A stretch of DNA of 64,000 nt from Gammaproteobacteria bacterium (GTDB taxonomy: Bacteria > Pseudomonadota > Gammaproteobacteria > Magnimaribacterales > AG-339-G14), in assembly GCA_003331625.1 (NCBI GenBank), contig QOPF01000008.1, forward strand, positions 1,702-65,701, written 5' to 3'. This document shows, in pieces, positions 53,473-63,270 of this stretch. The position numbers were made by a program, and so were the translations under genes. Position 1 is the first letter of the stretch. Every line of letters starts with the position of its first letter. The notes below the pieces were generated by a model. That model was not told the DNA's origin, did not search any database, and was given only the letters and a program-made list of their open reading frames with translations.

Positions 53473-54533
53473 TGAATCAAAGAATCAAAGCGGCTTGGGA
53501 AGGACGAATTTCAGGCTGCTTACTAGGAAAACCAGTTGAAATCTTATCCATGCGAGAAGGAAAAGATTCCCTGGAATCTTATCTTAAAAAATCAAATTCA
53601 TTTCCTTTAAGAGATTATGTAAATCATCTTGAACATCCGCTAATAAAAGGCCTATCAATAAATTGTTGTAAGGGAAAAATTGTTAGAGCAGAACAAGATG
53701 ATGACATCACTTATACAGTCTTAGCTCTAATGATGCTCGAAGAACATGGTCTAAATATTGATACAGATGATATTGCCAGAACTTGGATTAATAAGTTACC
53801 TGCTGGCGCTACTTTTACAGCAGAAAGAGAAGCCTATATAAATTTGCTTAAAAAAATGGATTTTGGTTACCAGTTTGGAGGAAAGAGAGGATTTAATATA
53901 GAAGAAATAAATGACAATGAGTTCAATGATTGGATAGGAGCTCAAATTAGAATTGATATGTATGGCTGGGTTCTTCCTGGTCAGCCAGTTAAAGCAGCAG
54001 AACTAGCAAGAAGAGATGCAAGTCTTTCTCATAGGGGCTGCGCAGTTGAATGTTCTGCCTACATTGCTGGTTTGGCAGCTCTTATTCCTATATGTGAAAA
54101 TAGATTGTCTGCCGTTCAAAAAGCTCTTGAATTAATTGATAGAAATTCTGAAGCATTTGAAGCAGTCGAAATGGGAATAGCAGCAGCAGGAAAATCTTCA
54201 GACGCAATAATAAAGAAATATCAGGAGTTATCTCCTGTTCATAGCCTTAATAATTTAGCTATAGTCGTTTGGTCCTTTTTAAGTTTTCAAAGTTCTTTTG
54301 ACGAAGCAGTTGGCGAGGCTGTCTCTGCTGGTTGGGATACAGATTGCAACGGAGCAACAGTTGGCGGTTTGATTGGTTTAGATGAAGGCATAATTCCAAA
54401 AAAATGGACCGATCCCTGGAAAGGTAAAGTTATTACCTCAATATCTGGATTGGGAGAATTAAATTTGGATAATCTAGTTCAAAGAACAGAAACTTTAATA
54501 CAGAAATTTAGCTTTGAACTTAAAAATGTTTAA
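53472..54533 (+). CDS. ADP-ribosylglycohydrolase family protein
   Basis: 353-aa ORF with the ARH-family blocks GCLLGKPVE, DDDITYT and GWDTDCNGATVGGLIG. It overlaps the previous stop by 1 nt. Confidence 0.75.
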   Translation: MNQRIKAAWEGRISGCLLGKPVEILSMREGKDSLESYLKKSNSFPLRDYVNHLEHPLIKGLSINCCKGKIVRAEQDDDITYTVLALMMLEEHGLNIDTDDIARTWINKLPAGATFTAEREAYINLLKKMDFGYQFGGKRGFNIEEINDNEFNDWIGAQIRIDMYGWVLPGQPVKAAELARRDASLSHRGCAVECSAYIAGLAALIPICENRLSAVQKALELIDRNSEAFEAVEMGIAAAGKSSDAIIKKYQELSPVHSLNNLAIVVWSFLSFQSSFDEAVGEAVSAGWDTDCNGATVGGLIGLDEGIIPKKWTDPWKGKVITSISGLGELNLDNLVQRTETLIQKFSFELKNV

Positions 54534-54536
54534 AAA

Positions 54537-55442
54537 ATGCCTGAAATAATTGTTTTTGGTGGAATTAATATGGACCTCTTTGCATATATTCCAAGATCTA
54601 CACAGGAAGGAGAAACAATTCAGGCAACCTCAGTTGAGTTTTTTTTAGGCGGCAAGGGAGCCAACCAGGCAGCAGCATCAGCAAGACTAGGAGCTAAGGT
54701 AAGTTTTGTTGGAACAATAGGACAAGATCAATTTGGAATTGACGTAAAAAAATTAATCTCTAAGGAAAATATAGATATTTCAAAATTAAGTAGCTCAAGA
54801 GATCAGACCGGCGTTGCTTTAATTAATGTTTTAAAAAATGGTCGAAATGAAGTTATTGCTTTTCCTGGAGCCAACAAACAAACATCGAGCAAGCTGATAT
54901 CTGACAAAAAGCTTAAATCTTGTTCCATAGTTATAGGACAAATGGAGCTAGAAGAATCTCAAACATATAATTTATTTTTAAGAGCTAAGAAAAATGGTTG
55001 CCAGACAATACTTAATTTGGCTCCCTTCAAAACAATAAAGAAACAATTACTAAAGCAAACAGACATTTTAATTGTTAATGAAATAGAGTTTTCTGGGCTA
55101 ACAAGAAGAAGCTCAAAAAAAATAGATTTAAAATTTGTAGAAAATAATTTTTCAAGATTAGATTTGCCTCCACAGATAAAATTAATTGTCACAATGGGAG
55201 AAAAGGGTGTAGTTGTTTTTGCAGGCGGTATAAAAAAATATTTCCCATCAAGAAAAGTAAAAGCAATAGACACTGTCGGAGCAGGAGATTGTTTTGTAGG
55301 TGCGCTTGGTTATTTTTTATTAAATGATTCTGATATTTTCTCTGCTACTCATTTTGCTATCTGTGCTTCTTCAATTTCGGTAACCAGAAAGGGCGCCGCA
55401 GAATCTATGCCCTCTATAGATGAGGTTGTCAAAATACTTTAA
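54537..55442 (+). CDS. PfkB family sugar kinase (ribokinase-like)
   Basis: 301-aa ORF with N-terminal GGINMDL, GGKGANQAAA and C-terminal DTVGAGDCFVGAL motifs. Confidence 0.8.
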   Translation: MPEIIVFGGINMDLFAYIPRSTQEGETIQATSVEFFLGGKGANQAAASARLGAKVSFVGTIGQDQFGIDVKKLISKENIDISKLSSSRDQTGVALINVLKNGRNEVIAFPGANKQTSSKLISDKKLKSCSIVIGQMELEESQTYNLFLRAKKNGCQTILNLAPFKTIKKQLLKQTDILIVNEIEFSGLTRRSSKKIDLKFVENNFSRLDLPPQIKLIVTMGEKGVVVFAGGIKKYFPSRKVKAIDTVGAGDCFVGALGYFLLNDSDIFSATHFAICASSISVTRKGAAESMPSIDEVVKIL

Positions 55443-55454
55443 ATTTCATACCCT

Positions 55455-56330
55455 ATGTCTCAAATGATTTCCAATAATGCTGATGAATTTGAAAATTCGG
55501 ACTTACCTTTTAAGGTAAACCGTTTGTCCCCAAATATTGGTGCTGAACTTTTAGAATTAGATTTAAAAAATTCACTAGATTCTGAAACCAAAAAAAAGAT
55601 ATATGAAGCTTTGTTGGTATACAAAGTAATATTTTTTCGCAATCAAAACTTGACTACTGAAGAGCATTTAAAATTTGGAAGACATTTTGGAGAGCTTGAA
55701 GTACATCCTTTTGCTCCCTATAAAGAAGGTTTTCCTGAGGTTTTAAATATTACTCATAATGAGAAAAATAAGGGCAAAGAAAACGTTTGGCACTCCGATG
55801 TAACTTGGAGAGAAAAACCTTCTTTGGGATCAATTTTAAGAATGATAGAAGGACCTCAAATTGGAGGAGATACATTGTTTTCTGATATGCAAACAGCTTA
55901 TGACAAGCTGCCAGAAGATATAAAAAATAAGCTTGAAGGAGCAATTGCAGTTCATGATTTTGTAGGTTTCAGAAAACTTTTAATCAAGAAAGGAAAAACA
56001 ACTGAAGAAGTTGAAGCTTTTAATAAAAAATATCCTAATCCCGAACACCCCGTGATTAGAACCCATCCAGATACAAAGAAAAAAGCTATCTATGTAAATA
56101 AGGCTTTTACTCAATACATTAAAGGATGGGAAGAAAACGAGTCAAAATCTATGTTGGATTTTCTATATTCTCAAGCTGCAATCCCTGAATACCAGTGTCG
56201 GTTTATATGGGAGAAAGATTCTATAGCTTTTTGGGATAATAGATCTTGTCAGCATTATGCTGTATCAGATTATTGGCCGCAGGTTAGAAAAGTAGAGAGA
56301 GTCACAGTAATAGGCGACACTCCTTACTAA
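55455..56330 (+). CDS. TauD/TfdA family 2-oxoglutarate-dependent dioxygenase
   Basis: 291-aa ORF with the WHSDVTW (H-x-D) motif, GGDTLFSDM and a distal His/Arg region (WDNRSCQHYA). Confidence 0.82.
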   Translation: MSQMISNNADEFENSDLPFKVNRLSPNIGAELLELDLKNSLDSETKKKIYEALLVYKVIFFRNQNLTTEEHLKFGRHFGELEVHPFAPYKEGFPEVLNITHNEKNKGKENVWHSDVTWREKPSLGSILRMIEGPQIGGDTLFSDMQTAYDKLPEDIKNKLEGAIAVHDFVGFRKLLIKKGKTTEEVEAFNKKYPNPEHPVIRTHPDTKKKAIYVNKAFTQYIKGWEENESKSMLDFLYSQAAIPEYQCRFIWEKDSIAFWDNRSCQHYAVSDYWPQVRKVERVTVIGDTPY

Positions 56331-56361
56331 AGAAATTAATTTTTAAAAAATAGAGGTAACT

Positions 56362-56751
56362 ATGTTTAGTCATATAATGATAGGAGCGAATGATATAGAA
56401 CAGTCGAAAGATTTTTACGACAAAGTGTTAGGAGTTTTGGGAGCAAAGCCAGGATTAATGGTCCCGAATCTTACTGGCCAAACTAGGTATTTTTATTTTT
56501 TAGAAGGACAGACCTTTTGTATTTCCGAGCCTATTAATGGGGAAGCTGCATCTTCTGGAAATGGTTCAACTATTGGTTTTAATATTGTAAATGAGACCAT
56601 GGGCGACAAATGGCATGCGATAGGATTAGAAAATGGAGGTACTTCAATTGAAGATGCTCCTGGTATAAGAGAATTCGAGGGTATGAAAATGTACTTGGCT
56701 TATTTAAGAGATCCTTCTGGAAATAAACTCTGCGCTATCAAACAACTCTGA
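56362..56751 (+). CDS. VOC (glyoxalase/bleomycin-resistance/dioxygenase) family protein
   Basis: 129-aa ORF of paired beta-alpha-beta-beta-beta module length with N-terminal FSHIMIGANDIEQSKDFY and C-terminal YLRDPSGNKL. Confidence 0.7.
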   Translation: MFSHIMIGANDIEQSKDFYDKVLGVLGAKPGLMVPNLTGQTRYFYFLEGQTFCISEPINGEAASSGNGSTIGFNIVNETMGDKWHAIGLENGGTSIEDAPGIREFEGMKMYLAYLRDPSGNKLCAIKQL

Positions 56752-56758
56752 TTTTTTT

Positions 56759-57988
56759 ATGGATTATGTTCCCTATGCAGTACCGTTCTTTTTATTAGCT
56801 ATTCTTTTAGAGCTTTTATATGGATGGACTATTAAAAATAATACTTACCGCGCAAATGATGCTTTATCAAGCATGTTTATGGGCGCACTTCGGTCAACAA
56901 GTAGCGCTTTAAAAATTGGGTTAGGCGGACTAGTTTTCTATTTTCTAGAATCATACTTTTCTTTGCCGAGATGGGATACAAACTCAATTTTTACTTGGTT
57001 AATTGCTTTTGTAGTTTATGACTTTTTTTATTATTGGTTTCATCGTATTAGCCATGAAAGGCAAATATTTTGGGCTTCTCATGTTGCACATCACCAAAGC
57101 GAAGACTATAACTTATCAACTGCTTTGCGTCAGACAGGAACAGGTTTTTTCCTGACTTGGGTCTTTTATATTCCTTTATTTTTAATTGGCGTTCCATCTT
57201 TTGTTTTTGTTTCAGTGGCTTCAATTAATCTTATTTATCAATTCTGGGTTCATACCGAACATGTACCCAAATTGGGTTGGTTTGAGTTAGTCTTTGTTTC
57301 CCCCTCTAACCACAGAGTACATCATGCTCAAAACGAAGAATATATTGATAAAAATTATGGTGGTGTATTTATTGTTTGGGATAGAATTTTTGGCACCTTT
57401 AAAGCAGAGGAAGAAAATACTCCTTGCGTCTATGGCATTAGAGGACCTCTAAAAACATTCAATCCGGTTTGGGCCAACTTTCACGTTTACGTAAAAATGT
57501 TTAGAGAAATTATCAACACAAAAAATATAAAAGACAAATTATATGTTTTAGTTGCTCCAACGAGATGGATACCAAATGATTCTTTTCATTTATCTCCCAA
57601 GACAGAATTCAATATAGATGAATTTGAAAAGTTTAATCCAAAATCTTCTTTTGCCTCCAAGGTCTATGCTTTTTTTCAACTACTTTTTATCTCTTTAATC
57701 AGCACTTTTTTTATAGAACTCGGTGACATAAATTTCATAGAGGGAATTATTGTTGCAGTTACTATGATTTCTACTGCCTATTGCGTCTCACTTTGGTTAG
57801 ATTGTAAAAAAGCATTATTGATTGACTGCCTTCGACTTAGTTTTCTCTTAGTTGTAATTCTTTTGACATACTTTTATTTCCCAGAAATGGAATTCTTTAT
57901 GCCTCTATTGGCTGGTTATTTGCTATTGAATTTAGGATTTCTTCATTTTCTGCACAGCTCCTTTTCAAGTAATAAAGTTTTGACTTAG
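56759..57988 (+). CDS. fatty acid hydroxylase / sterol desaturase family membrane di-iron oxygenase with extra C-terminal TM domain
   Basis: 409-aa ORF with His boxes HRISH, HVAHHQSEDYN and HRVHHAQN, plus NYGGVFIVWDRIFGTF. It is a paralogue of 47751-48593 with about 130 extra hydrophobic C-terminal residues. Confidence 0.8.
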   Translation: MDYVPYAVPFFLLAILLELLYGWTIKNNTYRANDALSSMFMGALRSTSSALKIGLGGLVFYFLESYFSLPRWDTNSIFTWLIAFVVYDFFYYWFHRISHERQIFWASHVAHHQSEDYNLSTALRQTGTGFFLTWVFYIPLFLIGVPSFVFVSVASINLIYQFWVHTEHVPKLGWFELVFVSPSNHRVHHAQNEEYIDKNYGGVFIVWDRIFGTFKAEEENTPCVYGIRGPLKTFNPVWANFHVYVKMFREIINTKNIKDKLYVLVAPTRWIPNDSFHLSPKTEFNIDEFEKFNPKSSFASKVYAFFQLLFISLISTFFIELGDINFIEGIIVAVTMISTAYCVSLWLDCKKALLIDCLRLSFLLVVILLTYFYFPEMEFFMPLLAGYLLLNLGFLHFLHSSFSSNKVLT

Positions 57989-58033
57989 AAAACAGCTTAA
58001 ACTATATTTTATCCATTATATTTAGGGGTACCC

Positions 58034-59941
58034 ATGGCAGTTAATTCAGAGAATTTTGATTTTGATCCTGAAAAATTAAGACAAAAATACAGAGAAGAAA
58101 GAGATAAGCGACTTCGCGTCGACGGAAATGATCAATATAAAGAAGTCAAAGGAGATTTCTCCTATTTTGTTGAGGATCCCTACATAGAAGTAAAAACTGA
58201 CAGAAGCCCAATGAAACTTCATTCGGAAATTGTAATTATAGGTGGTGGTTTTGGGGGCATGCTTGCTGCCGCTAGACTAAGAGAAGCAGGCTTTGATGAT
58301 TTTAAAATTATCGAAAAAGGCGGTGATTTTGGCGGTACTTGGTATTGGAATAGATATCCGGGGGCATCCTGTGACATCGAGTCTTATATATACTTCCCAT
58401 TATTAGAAGAAACTGGCTTCATTCCAAAAAGAAAGTACACAAATGCTCCTGAAACCCTAGAGTATTGTGGAGTCATTGCAGATAAATTTAATCTTTATGA
58501 AAATGCTATTCTTCAAACAGAAGTAACAGAAACTAGGTGGTCAGATGATTCTGGCTTATGGAAAATTCTAACCAATAAAGGAGATGAAATTACTGCAAAC
58601 TTTGTAGTGCATTCCAATGGTCCTTTGAATAGACCAAAGCTTCCAGCTATAGACGGAATAAATGATTACAAAGGTCATACATTCCATACAAGTCGATGGG
58701 ATTATGAATATACTGGCGGCTCATCTCATGGCAACTTAGAAAATCTTGCGGATAAAAAAGTTGCAATCATTGGAACTGGAGCTACTGCAGTCCAATGTAT
58801 TCCTCACTTAGGTGCATCCGCGAAAGAGTTGTTTGTATTTCAAAGAACTCCATCTTCTATTGATGTAAGAGCTAATAAAGAAACTGACGAAAATTGGTTT
58901 TCTTCTATGAAACCTGGTTGGCATGAAAAAAGACGTGCCAATTTTGAAGGCTTTCTTGCAGGTGAATTTAGTGGTGAAGACCTCGTGAATGATGGTTGGA
59001 CAGAAATTTTTAGAACAATCTTAGCTGCTTTTAGATCATCTGGACCATCCAAACTGCGCTTGGCTTCCTGGGCTTTGCTCGCGCCATTTAATAAGGAATT
59101 TTATAAAAAAGGTTTAAAACCCTACATGGCCGATAAGTTCATGAATTTTGTTGGTAAGGAGAATATATCTCAAAAAGTTGAAATGGTAGATTTTTCTAAG
59201 ATGGAACAAATCAGAGCGAGAGCAGAGGAAATAGTTAAAGATCCAAATGTTGCAGAATCTTTAAAACCTTATTATCGCCAATTTTGTAAACGACCATGTT
59301 TTCACGATGAATACTTGGATACTTATAATCTCGATAGCGTCACTTTAGTGGATACTCAAGGTAAAGGGCTCGAAAAAATAACAGAAAAAGGAATTTATTT
59401 TGATGGTAAAGAGTATGAAGTGGATTGCATTATCTTTGCTACCGGTTTTGAAGTAGGAACCGACTACACAAGGAGAAGTGGTTATGAAATATATGGTAGA
59501 AATGAACTATCAATTATGGATAAATGGAAAGAAGGTCTTGCAACTATGCATGGAATGCACAGCCGCGGATTTCCAAACAGTTTTTTCTTTGGCCCTCAAC
59601 AATCTGGTTTTACTGCAAATTATACTCACTCGCTTGATGAGCAAAGTATTCATTTGGCTTATATCTTGAAAACCATGAAAGAAAAAAATATGACCCTTGT
59701 TGAAGTCTCAAAAGAAGGTGAAGAAAACTGGGTTAAAACCATCATAGACAATTCTAGAGATATGTTAAGTTTTCAAGAAAGCTGTACGCCAGGCTATTAC
59801 AACAATGAAGGAAAACCGATGCAAGCACCTCAAAACAACCCTTATGGAGGGGGCGCTCTAAATTTCTTTAAATTATTAAAAAAATGGCGAGATAAGGGAG
59901 ATCTTAAGGGTTTAGAAATAAGTAGTAACAACTTTAATTAG
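58034..59941 (+). CDS. Baeyer-Villiger (type I flavin/NADPH) monooxygenase
   Basis: 635-aa ORF with FAD loop IIGGGFGGMLAA, GGTWYWNRYPG, the BVMO fingerprint YKGHTFHTSRW and NADP loop IIGTGATAVQ. Confidence 0.88.
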   Translation: MAVNSENFDFDPEKLRQKYREERDKRLRVDGNDQYKEVKGDFSYFVEDPYIEVKTDRSPMKLHSEIVIIGGGFGGMLAAARLREAGFDDFKIIEKGGDFGGTWYWNRYPGASCDIESYIYFPLLEETGFIPKRKYTNAPETLEYCGVIADKFNLYENAILQTEVTETRWSDDSGLWKILTNKGDEITANFVVHSNGPLNRPKLPAIDGINDYKGHTFHTSRWDYEYTGGSSHGNLENLADKKVAIIGTGATAVQCIPHLGASAKELFVFQRTPSSIDVRANKETDENWFSSMKPGWHEKRRANFEGFLAGEFSGEDLVNDGWTEIFRTILAAFRSSGPSKLRLASWALLAPFNKEFYKKGLKPYMADKFMNFVGKENISQKVEMVDFSKMEQIRARAEEIVKDPNVAESLKPYYRQFCKRPCFHDEYLDTYNLDSVTLVDTQGKGLEKITEKGIYFDGKEYEVDCIIFATGFEVGTDYTRRSGYEIYGRNELSIMDKWKEGLATMHGMHSRGFPNSFFFGPQQSGFTANYTHSLDEQSIHLAYILKTMKEKNMTLVEVSKEGEENWVKTIIDNSRDMLSFQESCTPGYYNNEGKPMQAPQNNPYGGGALNFFKLLKKWRDKGDLKGLEISSNNFN

Positions 59942-59947
59942 ATTAAA

Positions 59948-60361
59948 TTGATTAGTTTATTTTATGCAGGAGCAATTGGAACAATAGCAATTGTTTTAGC
60001 TTTTTTTACCGTTCGCCAAAGATTAAAAACACAAATTAGTTTGGGTTCAGGAGATAGCGAAGAATTACTCTCCACTCAAAGAGCTCATGGAAATTTTCTT
60101 GAGTATGCTCTTGTTTTCTTGGCCCTATCTTTCTCACTGGAAATTATTGGGAATATTCCAGATCTAGCTATTGTCATTTTCGGAGATATTTTTTTACTAG
60201 GTAGGATTTTTCATATTTATACTTTGGTTGGAAAAGGAAATATTATTTTTAGACAAATGGGAATTTTACTTTCTTGGACTATAATTTTAATTCAATCCAT
60301 TTGGGCAATGATAATTTCAGGCCAATGGCTTTTAGAAAACAATATAGGATTGAATTTATAA
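59948..60361 (+). CDS. MAPEG family membrane protein (second copy)
   Basis: 137-aa ORF with a TTG start and the RAHGNFLEYALVFL motif, 6 nt after the BVMO stop. Confidence 0.7.
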   Translation: MISLFYAGAIGTIAIVLAFFTVRQRLKTQISLGSGDSEELLSTQRAHGNFLEYALVFLALSFSLEIIGNIPDLAIVIFGDIFLLGRIFHIYTLVGKGNIIFRQMGILLSWTIILIQSIWAMIISGQWLLENNIGLNL

Positions 60362-60370
60362 TCTTCTTTG

Positions 60371-60970
60371 ATGAGCTCAACAGAAATTTTTGAATTAACC
60401 TTTGCTCTTAAAGTAGTTCTTTGGGTGGAGGCAATTGTCTATTTGGGTATCGGTATATTTGAAATTTTTGATGACTTTTTCAGAAAATTACCTTCATGGA
60501 TAAATCTTAATGGAAAACTTAATGCTTATTTGTTCATGGAAGATAAAATGCAACATAAATTCCATGCTGCAATTTGTTTTTTTCTGGGTTTTATAGCACT
60601 TAATGGAATTATAGAAGGAGCTGTAACAAGATTTGAAATAGAGCTTTTGTTCATAGGCCTCGCTCTAATAATGATGTTACTTTGGATGATATTGCCTCCA
60701 GGAAGATTAGCTTTGCTAATGTTGCTTACAAAACCGGAGACATATCTGTCTATAATTATGTTTTATTTATTTTCTGATTTAATAAGAATAGAAATCTTCT
60801 TTCTCTGCTTAGGATTCAATATATGGGGATTAATTGTCTATTTTCTCAACACAAGGAAGAATATAATACCCTTTACTTATAAGAGATTTCATGACGATAT
60901 CTTCGAAGCTGGCATCCCGGAATCAAGAATCAAAGCTATGGATAAAATGGCAGGTCACGAGAATACTTAA
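60371..60970 (+). CDS. hypothetical multi-TM membrane protein
   Basis: The track ORF starts at TTG 60368, and ATG 60371 follows immediately. It is about 199 aa with 5-6 hydrophobic helices and belongs to no family I recognise. Confidence 0.5.
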   Translation: MSSTEIFELTFALKVVLWVEAIVYLGIGIFEIFDDFFRKLPSWINLNGKLNAYLFMEDKMQHKFHAAICFFLGFIALNGIIEGAVTRFEIELLFIGLALIMMLLWMILPPGRLALLMLLTKPETYLSIIMFYLFSDLIRIEIFFLCLGFNIWGLIVYFLNTRKNIIPFTYKRFHDDIFEAGIPESRIKAMDKMAGHENT

Positions 60971-60976
60971 TATTAA

Positions 60977-61537
60977 ATGAATGAAGCTTTAAATAATATT
61001 TTATTAAGAAATTCTCCTCGAGAGCTATCAGAGCCTTTTCCTAGCGAAGATGAAATGGAGAAAGTTTATCAAGCTGCTCTAAGAGCTCCCGATCATGCAT
61101 GGCAAAGACCATCTAGATTTATAGAGGTAACAGGAGATGGTTTAAAAAAACTTTCAGCTGCTTTCGAAGATTTTGCCAAAGAAAATATAGAGAATCTAAG
61201 CGATGAAATCTTAAAAAGATATATCGATGCTCCTTACAGGGCGCCAATGATAATTATTGTTATTTCAGAAATAAAAGCTCATCCGAAAGTTCCGGAAATT
61301 GAACAAATGCTTTCCACAGCTGCAGCTGCAGAGAATATTCTTTTAGCTCTTAACGCCTTGAATTATGCTGGAATGTGGCGAACTGGAGTTTTTGCACTAA
61401 ATGATAAAATTTCTAGTTACCTAGGTCTCGAAGACAATCAAAAAGTTTTAGGATATTTATATGTCGGTACTCCTGTAGGAAAGCAAAAAAATATTCCAGA
61501 AATGAATTCATCAGAGTTCGTCACTAAGTGGATTTAA
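60977..61537 (+). CDS. nitroreductase family protein (YdjA-like)
   Basis: 186-aa ORF with N-terminal LLRNSPRE and AALRAPDH motifs and compact YdjA-like size. Confidence 0.75.
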   Translation: MNEALNNILLRNSPRELSEPFPSEDEMEKVYQAALRAPDHAWQRPSRFIEVTGDGLKKLSAAFEDFAKENIENLSDEILKRYIDAPYRAPMIIIVISEIKAHPKVPEIEQMLSTAAAAENILLALNALNYAGMWRTGVFALNDKISSYLGLEDNQKVLGYLYVGTPVGKQKNIPEMNSSEFVTKWI

Positions 61538-61544
61538 CCTAATA

Positions 61545-62381
61545 ATGACAGAGATTTTTAAAAACTCTGAAGGAGATTCTATTGCAGCTTCAATATTTGG
61601 AAATGAAGATAACCCTTTGGTAATTTTTTTACATGGCGGAGGCCAAACGAGATTTGCTTGGCGTCAAGCAGCTGAAAATATATCAAAAAAAGGATTCTAC
61701 GTTATCACCTATGATTTAAGAGGACATGGGGATAGTTTTTGGTCAAAAAAAGGTAACTACAAAATAAATGATCATAAAAAAGATTTAATTTCTATAATCA
61801 AAAATTTTAATAAGCCTGCTAACTTGGTAGGCGCTTCTTTAGGTGGAATGACATGTTTATCTCTTTCAGGAGATAAAGAATTTTCAGACTTATGCAAAGC
61901 TTTGATAATGGTCGATATTGGAATTTATCCAAACCAGGAAGGCTCCGATAAAATAGTAGAGTTTATGAGTTCTGCACAAAATGGCTTCGCATCTCTAGAA
62001 GAGGCTGCTAATCATATTTCAGAGTTTCTTCCTCACCGGGAAAAACCCAAGGATCTAAAAGGGCTAAATAAAAATCTTAGAAAAAAAGGCGATAGGTTTT
62101 ATTGGCATTGGGATCCCAAGTTTCTTCAAGGAAGAAAGGGTGAAGATATAAAAAACTATTTTGGCCATTTAGAAGAAGCTGCCAAAATTCAAAATAAACC
62201 TACTCTTTTAATTAGGGGAGCTTTGAGCGATGTTTTAACCGAAGAAGACAAAGATTATTTTTTAGAAATTATCCCACATGCTGAATTCGAAGAGATTGAG
62301 GACGCTGCGCATATGGTAGCTGGAGATAAAAATGATATATTCTCTGCTGCAGTTGAAAGTTTTTTAATTAGAAATAATTAA
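61545..62381 (+). CDS. alpha/beta hydrolase
   Basis: 278-aa ORF with oxyanion FLHGGGQT, nucleophile elbow GASLGG and a C-terminal catalytic His (DAAHMV). Confidence 0.8.
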   Translation: MTEIFKNSEGDSIAASIFGNEDNPLVIFLHGGGQTRFAWRQAAENISKKGFYVITYDLRGHGDSFWSKKGNYKINDHKKDLISIIKNFNKPANLVGASLGGMTCLSLSGDKEFSDLCKALIMVDIGIYPNQEGSDKIVEFMSSAQNGFASLEEAANHISEFLPHREKPKDLKGLNKNLRKKGDRFYWHWDPKFLQGRKGEDIKNYFGHLEEAAKIQNKPTLLIRGALSDVLTEEDKDYFLEIIPHAEFEEIEDAAHMVAGDKNDIFSAAVESFLIRNN

Positions 62382-62416
62382 AATTTGCTAACATCTTATC
62401 GAAATGGAGAGACATC

Positions 62417-63100
62417 ATGTTGTGGATTAAAACTTTCTTTGGAGTAAGTTTTCAAATTAGCTTGCTAGCCTTATTAATTTATTTACCTGCTTGGACTTTG
62501 AATTGGCCTGATGCACTTTTATGGATTTTTATCTTTTCTATTATTGTTTTTTCAGGATCAACTTACTTGTTAATAACAAAGCCAGAAAGTATTGAGGCAA
62601 GGTTGAACTACAATCCCGAAGTTCAGCCTCAAGAAGATAAACTGGCAACCACGTTAATGTTTTCTGCAATTATTGTCGGACTTATCTTGAGTCCTATAGA
62701 TGTTTTTCACTTACAGATATCACCAGTTTTTAGCGGATGGCTTAAAACCTCTGGGCTGTTTATTTTCAGTTTTGGTTTATTTTTTGTTATGGCCGCTATG
62801 ATTGCAAATGAATTTGCAGAGACAACAGTTAATATTCAAGAAGATAGAGGTCAAAAGGTAATAGATTCAGGAGTATATTCTCTAGTAAGACACCCGATGT
62901 ATACCGGTTTTATATTTTTTATTATTGGAACAAATATTTGGCTTGGCACTTATTTATCCTTGATATTAAGTTTATGTTTCTTATCTATAGCTTTAAAGAC
63001 TAGGATAAGTATAGAGGAAAAAACATTAATTAGAGATTTAGAAGGTTATGAAGACTATTGCAAAAGAGTAAAGACAAGAGTAATTCCTTATTTTTTTTAA
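62417..63100 (+). CDS. isoprenylcysteine carboxyl methyltransferase (ICMT)/phospholipid methyltransferase-like membrane protein
   Basis: 227-aa polytopic ORF with C-terminal GVYSLVRHPMYTGFIFF and a EE..L motif typical of the ICMT/PEMT-like family. Confidence 0.65.
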   Translation: MLWIKTFFGVSFQISLLALLIYLPAWTLNWPDALLWIFIFSIIVFSGSTYLLITKPESIEARLNYNPEVQPQEDKLATTLMFSAIIVGLILSPIDVFHLQISPVFSGWLKTSGLFIFSFGLFFVMAAMIANEFAETTVNIQEDRGQKVIDSGVYSLVRHPMYTGFIFFIIGTNIWLGTYLSLILSLCFLSIALKTRISIEEKTLIRDLEGYEDYCKRVKTRVIPYFF

Positions 63101-63238
63101 TCTTTAAAATATTAGTTTATTGAAAATATAATTCTAATCCATCAAAGATCTTCGATTGTTATACAAAATTTCTTTAAAAATTTTCTTTAATTAAAATTTC
63201 TTTAATAATCATTTAAATTATTTGTTAAAACAATTAAG

Positions 63239-63261
63239 CTAGAATTGCGAACTAGAATTGC
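63239..63261. repeat. direct repeat 2 x CTAGAATTGC (13-bp period) just upstream of the ORF at 63271
   Basis: CTAGAATTGC occurs at 63239-63248 and 63252-63261, and (A/T)TTTCTTTAA occurs three times at 63168-63177, 63181-63190 and 63196-63205. Confidence 0.6.
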
Positions 63262-63270
63262 AAAAAAGTT

